Source: Nostoc sp. PCC 7120 = FACHB-418 (GTDB lineage Bacteria; Cyanobacteriota; Cyanobacteriia; Cyanobacteriales; Nostocaceae). From it: DNA of 32,000 nt. The stretch lies in NCBI RefSeq assembly GCF_000009705.1, contig NC_003272.1, positions 6,270,001-6,302,000 on the forward strand, given 5' to 3'. A program made the position numbers and the translations under genes. The notes beneath the pieces are model-generated. The model was given only the letters and a program-made list of their open reading frames with translations. It was not told where the DNA came from and did not search any database. Shown one piece after another: positions 27,878 through 32,000 of this stretch. Position 1 is the first letter of the stretch. Every line of letters starts with the position of its first letter.

Positions 27878-28909
27878 GTGCAATCAACGGATAATATCAA
27901 CGACCTAGCAGCTGCTTTACAACAGCCTGCTGATATCACTTTTGAACTGCCCGATCCGGAAGATGAACAGATTCCAGAGTCAGACTTCCAACAGCAGTTG
28001 GATGTAGCTTGGCAGGTATGCGATCGCTTTGATTTGCAAACCGAAATCTGGCGGGGAAGAATCTTAAGAGCAATCCGCGACAGAGAAAAGAAAGGTGGTG
28101 ACGGGCGCGGTACAGGCTTTCTCAATTGGCTTAAGGAACGAGAAATCAGTAAGAGTCAAGCCTACGCCTGGATTCAACTGGCAAATAGCGCTGATACCCT
28201 CCTAGAAGAGGGCAAACTGGAGCCAAGTGCAGTTAATAATTTTAGTAAACGGGCTTTTGTGGAAACCTCCAAAGCCTCCCCAGAAGTACAACAAATGGTT
28301 AGTGAAGCCGCGAGTAAAGGCGATCGCATCACTAGGCGCGAAGTCCGTCAACTCACTGACGAATGGACGGCGATGTCGTCAGATTTATTACCAGAACAAG
28401 TCAAAGTAAAAGCCGCAGAAAATTCCCTTCCTCCGCGCTACATTGCCCCTCTGGTGAAGGAAATGGAAAAACTGCCAGAATCACACCAAAAATTCATCCA
28501 GAAAGAAATAGCGGCGAATCCTGATGTGGACACTCTCAAACAAGCCACAACAGAAGCGCGACAATTAGGCAAATATCTCAAATCTGCCGCCCAAGTCCAA
28601 GCTTTAACAGAGAATGATGTAGATATTGAAACAGCCCTAGAAGAAGCCCAAAGAGTCGGCTGTTTGAGTGTAGCGGCTGATTTGGTCAATCAAGCATCGC
28701 AAATAGAACAAACCATTGCCAAATTATATATGACTTGGAAACGTATCAGTAATTTAGCAGATAGATTATATGTAGATACTGGTGCGAGTACGCCCAACTT
28801 GCGATCGCTCCTTACCTGCATAGAACCTCTAGGCGGTGAAATTATGGAAGTGCAACTCAGTGGTGCAACTGAACACACAGTCCGTTTGCAAATTCAAGAA
28901 ACGAATTAG
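27878..28909 (+). CDS. Hypothetical 343-aa protein with an acidic N-terminus and a possible HTH-like segment
   Basis: Clean ORF divergent from the kinase gene. The only start in frame is GTG 27878. IWRGRILRAIRDRE...GFLNWLKEREISKSQAYAWIQLA resembles DUF3102/ParB-type HTH segments, a resemblance from memory only. Confidence 0.55.
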   Translation: MQSTDNINDLAAALQQPADITFELPDPEDEQIPESDFQQQLDVAWQVCDRFDLQTEIWRGRILRAIRDREKKGGDGRGTGFLNWLKEREISKSQAYAWIQLANSADTLLEEGKLEPSAVNNFSKRAFVETSKASPEVQQMVSEAASKGDRITRREVRQLTDEWTAMSSDLLPEQVKVKAAENSLPPRYIAPLVKEMEKLPESHQKFIQKEIAANPDVDTLKQATTEARQLGKYLKSAAQVQALTENDVDIETALEEAQRVGCLSVAADLVNQASQIEQTIAKLYMTWKRISNLADRLYVDTGASTPNLRSLLTCIEPLGGEIMEVQLSGATEHTVRLQIQETN

Positions 28910-28920
28910 CTATTTGTTAG

Positions 28921-28940
28921 AGACGCGATTAATCGCGTCT
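28921..28940. terminator. Perfect 20-nt palindrome AGACGCGATT/AATCGCGTCT between convergent gene ends
   Basis: Lies 12 nt after the stop of the 343-aa gene and 17 nt after the stop of the TPS-domain gene. The arms are related to the hairpin at 14630-14651. Confidence 0.6.
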
Positions 28941-28956
28941 GTACAGTCGTTAGTTG

Positions 28957-31296
28957 TTATTCCCCCCTACTCCCCAATAAAGCACAAGCTGACGAATGTA
29001 GGGTGGGGGTGTGAGGAATTACAATAGGTGCTTGCGCCACTAGTACTACATTACCGTTGCGATCTATTTGCCAGCCTTGTGCTTCTACAATTTGGGGAGA
29101 AGCGCTTAAATTAACCTGCTGTGTGTGCTGTTCAGGAATCCTATCAGCACTATCGTTTATCTGTGTCGGTAACACAGTCCAACCTACCAACACAGCATCA
29201 TCAATCAGCGTATCAGTAGGGCTAGATGCAATTCCTCCTCGTCCTGTGGAAACAAACGAATTTCTTTGCAAACCTCGATGAGGACTACAACTAGCAGCAA
29301 TTTGCTCAGAAGCATTAATCAGATTGCTCGGCAATTCCACTAACCCTTTATTTGGGTCAGCATCGGGCGTATTAATTTGTACAATGCCATTGAATGAAGG
29401 GCTTTGCTGAGAAAAAGCTGTAATGTCGCTGGTTGGCAATTTGTTGGGATTGAGTAGATTTGGATCTTCAGTGTTTAATAACCTTACTAAGTCTGAGCGA
29501 TCGCGCTGTATAAACCCAAAAATTTTCTTGGCGTTGATGGTGATTTTACCACCAATGCCAGAGAAGGCATTAGCCGTAATATCATTATTGCCTAAGGGAG
29601 CAGCAAACACAAAGCCATTAGGAGCATTGATTGTGATATTACCACCATTTCCCGGAGCGTTGGACGTGCCTGCACTAGTGGAAATCAAACTGTTACGGCG
29701 CATCTGTAGCGAGTCTTGCACCAGCAAATTTATATCACCACCCTGACCTGACCTAGTATTAGAAGTGATTTGTCCTTGATTGTCTAGCAATATAGACTTA
29801 GCCGTTATATTTAATTTTCCCGGTGTTCCTGAGTTAACTGGATTGTTGAATGCTCCCACATTTACACTTAATTGCCCACCGTCGCGGACAATTAATTTCC
29901 CTGTAGTTATATTAACTGTTCCTGCATTTTGAGCATTTCTCGTCCCCGCAGACAAGACACTAGAAAAACGTGTTTTCACATTTCCCGCTATCTCCACTGA
30001 CTCCGAAGCGTTGACTATGATATTGCCGCCCTTTCCTTCAGCTGGTATCACAGGTGAATCATTAGTCCTCAAAAATCCACTAGAGTCTGCTGTTACAACG
30101 CCTCCATTAAGGATACGTAACTTCCCAGTAGTGATTTTAATGTCACTTGCTCTGCCTTGACCTGCACTGATGCCAATTAATCCAGTAATTGTACTTGACA
30201 AAGTATCACTCTCAATAATGTCTACAGATTCGAAGGCATTGATTAGTAAATTTCCTGAGCCTCCCCGGCTGATGGTAGAAGTAGCTATCTGTGCGCCATT
30301 CTGAACAATTAGCTTTGTTGCATTAATCGTTATATCTTTACCATTGGCATTACCTGTAGTGATACTTCTCAAGCGCACACTTTCACCACTGAGTTCTACG
30401 GAGTTACCCTGTAGACGAATCTCACCGCCATTATTACCAGTAGTATCTATCTGAGAGGGTAACTGTCTACCGTTAGCCCCTTGGCGAATCCTCAATTGAA
30501 TGTTGCGAAATTCTTGCACACCTTGATACCCTATTAACCAACCTTGGTTGATTGGATTAAGGATCACTAGACTATTGGGAGCAACGCTTCCTAGTTCAAT
30601 TTTTCCTGATGGTACTGTTAAGTTGCCGCCTTCTAGTGTGATGTTGCCACCCACAAAGGCTAACGTATTACCATTTGGGACTTGAAGACCAACAGATCTA
30701 CCACTTATATTCCGTGCTTGAGATTGATTTTTAATAGGATTTGCCGTTGCGCCAAATTGTAACCCACTAGGAATGCTAACTGTTAGCACAAATGTGTTTT
30801 GAGGATTGATGGTACTAAATTGAGTACCATCGGCAAAATTCAGACTATTTGCCGTACTTGCTAAAAAGGAAGAGCGAATATTTAATGCAGCATTAGAACC
30901 AAAAATAATTCCATTGGGATTGATCAGCAACAGGTTGGCTGTGCTATCAGATTTGATTATGCCATCAATGCTAGAAATAGAACTACCAGTTACTCGGCTA
31001 ATGATGTTTTGGACACTACCGATTGTTTTAAACTCAGCCGTATAGTTTTCTGGCACAGAAAACTCCCGAAAACTATGGAACAAATTACGTCTATCAGGAG
31101 ATAAGGTTCCACCTTCGATAATGATGTTGTTTTCTTGTTTTGTGACTCTGGAATTTTCAGGTAGAGTACTATCTTGTGTAATTTGGGCGATCGCAGAGTT
31201 TACAGAGAAAATTATTAAACTACTGACTGCAACCCCTAAAACTTTAACATACATCCCAAGATTACTCATACCAGCTATTACACCCCACAGAAACAA
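28957..31296 (-). CDS. Filamentous-haemagglutinin-type (TPS domain) secreted beta-helical protein
   Basis: Signal peptide ...SVNSAIA/QI. TPS domain with IIEGGT......NLFHSFREF and LLINPNGIIFG, then long G/N/S/T-rich beta-helix repeats. The C-terminal region has two Cys. The codon at 31294-31296 is TTG. The likely start is ATG at 31269 (MSNLGMYVK..). Confidence 0.85.
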   Translation of the reverse strand: MFLWGVIAGMSNLGMYVKVLGVAVSSLIIFSVNSAIAQITQDSTLPENSRVTKQENNIIIEGGTLSPDRRNLFHSFREFSVPENYTAEFKTIGSVQNIISRVTGSSISSIDGIIKSDSTANLLLINPNGIIFGSNAALNIRSSFLASTANSLNFADGTQFSTINPQNTFVLTVSIPSGLQFGATANPIKNQSQARNISGRSVGLQVPNGNTLAFVGGNITLEGGNLTVPSGKIELGSVAPNSLVILNPINQGWLIGYQGVQEFRNIQLRIRQGANGRQLPSQIDTTGNNGGEIRLQGNSVELSGESVRLRSITTGNANGKDITINATKLIVQNGAQIATSTISRGGSGNLLINAFESVDIIESDTLSSTITGLIGISAGQGRASDIKITTGKLRILNGGVVTADSSGFLRTNDSPVIPAEGKGGNIIVNASESVEIAGNVKTRFSSVLSAGTRNAQNAGTVNITTGKLIVRDGGQLSVNVGAFNNPVNSGTPGKLNITAKSILLDNQGQITSNTRSGQGGDINLLVQDSLQMRRNSLISTSAGTSNAPGNGGNITINAPNGFVFAAPLGNNDITANAFSGIGGKITINAKKIFGFIQRDRSDLVRLLNTEDPNLLNPNKLPTSDITAFSQQSPSFNGIVQINTPDADPNKGLVELPSNLINASEQIAASCSPHRGLQRNSFVSTGRGGIASSPTDTLIDDAVLVGWTVLPTQINDSADRIPEQHTQQVNLSASPQIVEAQGWQIDRNGNVVLVAQAPIVIPHTPTLHSSACALLGSRGE

Positions 31297-31533
31297 TCCC
31301 GGTTGACAATTGATAGCGGCCTTGAACCAACATCAATTATGGCTTATGAGGATGTTTCTCGAATATAAATTTGTGTTGATAACGCTCTCATCACTCTGAA
31401 AAACCGTTAAATTTCCAGAGAGTTTTCACAAAATATGATAATAATAATTTATTTTTAAATAACCAATGATAATGGAGACAATAAAATTCTATTGCCTCCA
31501 TTGAGATTACATAAATATGCAGCCAATTTTCAT

Positions 31534-31836
31534 TTATCCACAAGGGCAGCGAACAAAATCTTGTTTCTCTTCTGACCAGCAAATACAATAATCACTGTTA
31601 GTTTGTGTAACAATATTAGTTGTATCTATTAGATTTGCAGTCCTTGACGTAATTTTATTTCTATCAAGGCTGAACTGAATTTTAACTGCGTCTTCTCCTG
31701 AGATATTATAATTTTTGAAAATCTCTGCTAGCTTAGAGCTTTTCAATAGCGTCAGCACTTCTTCCTGAATGAATGCTTGTAAACTCTCTAATGTTGGTGA
31801 GCTAGTAACTGATGGCTTTAATTTGGAAGAATCCAT
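31534..31836 (-). CDS. Hypothetical 100-aa protein with a Cys-rich C-terminus (CICW...CPCG)
   Basis: ATG-initiated ORF on the same strand as, and 237 nt upstream of, the TPS-domain gene. No signal peptide. Ends ...NSDYCICWSEEKQDFVRCPCG. The region is AT-rich, so coding status is uncertain. Confidence 0.45.
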   Translation of the reverse strand: MDSSKLKPSVTSSPTLESLQAFIQEEVLTLLKSSKLAEIFKNYNISGEDAVKIQFSLDRNKITSRTANLIDTTNIVTQTNSDYCICWSEEKQDFVRCPCG

Positions 31837-32000
31837 AAATCCTGAGTGTTGCTAGATAGGTAGATGTAGGACTAATTTTTTTAAACTAATAAGTTTAAGA
31901 CCAGCTTTATTGAAATATTCTTATGTCTAACGGCTAAGAACTTTAAAAGCCATTAGACGAATCAGTTCGCATAAAGCAATGACAACTCTTAGCTAATTAT

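Noticed and set aside
27679-29746. ORFs 27679-27864(+), 27856-28125(-), 28227-28409(+), 28438-28689(-), 28690-28878(-), 28836-29027(+), 29057-29281(+) and 29423-29746(+)
   Set aside because: They overlap the kinase 5' end, the 343-aa gene or the TPS gene in other frames. Their composition is Cys/Ser/Arg-rich and they have no motifs.
31121-31588. ORFs 31121-31306(+) and 31391-31588(-)
   Set aside because: The first is antisense to the TPS signal-peptide region. The second is an AT-rich frame in the intergenic region that overlaps the end of the 100-aa ORF in another frame.

Overview
This 32-kb chromosomal segment looks like a filamentous, heterocyst-forming cyanobacterium of the Nostoc/Anabaena type. 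Support: about 30 perfect HIP1 octamers (GCGATCGC) counted by eye, several STRR heptamer arrays at gene ends, and a group-1 sigma factor with a long acidic N-terminus. Most of it is housekeeping: the 3' end of a BASS transporter, pgeF, birA, an M23 peptidase, ribE, a BFN nuclease-family gene, an Fe-S aldo/keto reductase, an HLIP gene with an HLR1-like box, sigA, a fasciclin lipoprotein, gyrB, miaA, glcD, a GHL10-type hydrolase, ycf66, gnd and tRNA-Lys(CUU). Unusual or accessory content: (1) a PAS-GAF-GAF histidine-kinase-like protein in which the H-box His and the N, G1 and G2 boxes are all off consensus; (2) an orphan 289-aa gene of unknown function in AT-rich DNA next to tRNA-Lys; (3) a same-strand run of a zinc-ribbon Ser/Thr kinase, hicA and hicB, with a divergent 343-aa gene; (4) a two-partner-secretion (TPS) domain exoprotein with no TpsB partner in the window, preceded by a 100-aa ORF with a Cys-rich C-terminus; (5) a 1.6-kb ORF-free AT-rich region upstream of sigA; (6) one intact and one decayed Uma2-family endonuclease gene. 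I saw no CRISPR array, transposase, integrase or rRNA. I cannot name a defined new system from sequence alone. Items 2, 3 and 4 are the best candidates for follow-up, and item 1 is the most concrete sequence-level oddity. All coordinates and motif matches come from reading the sequence by eye, and no database search was run.
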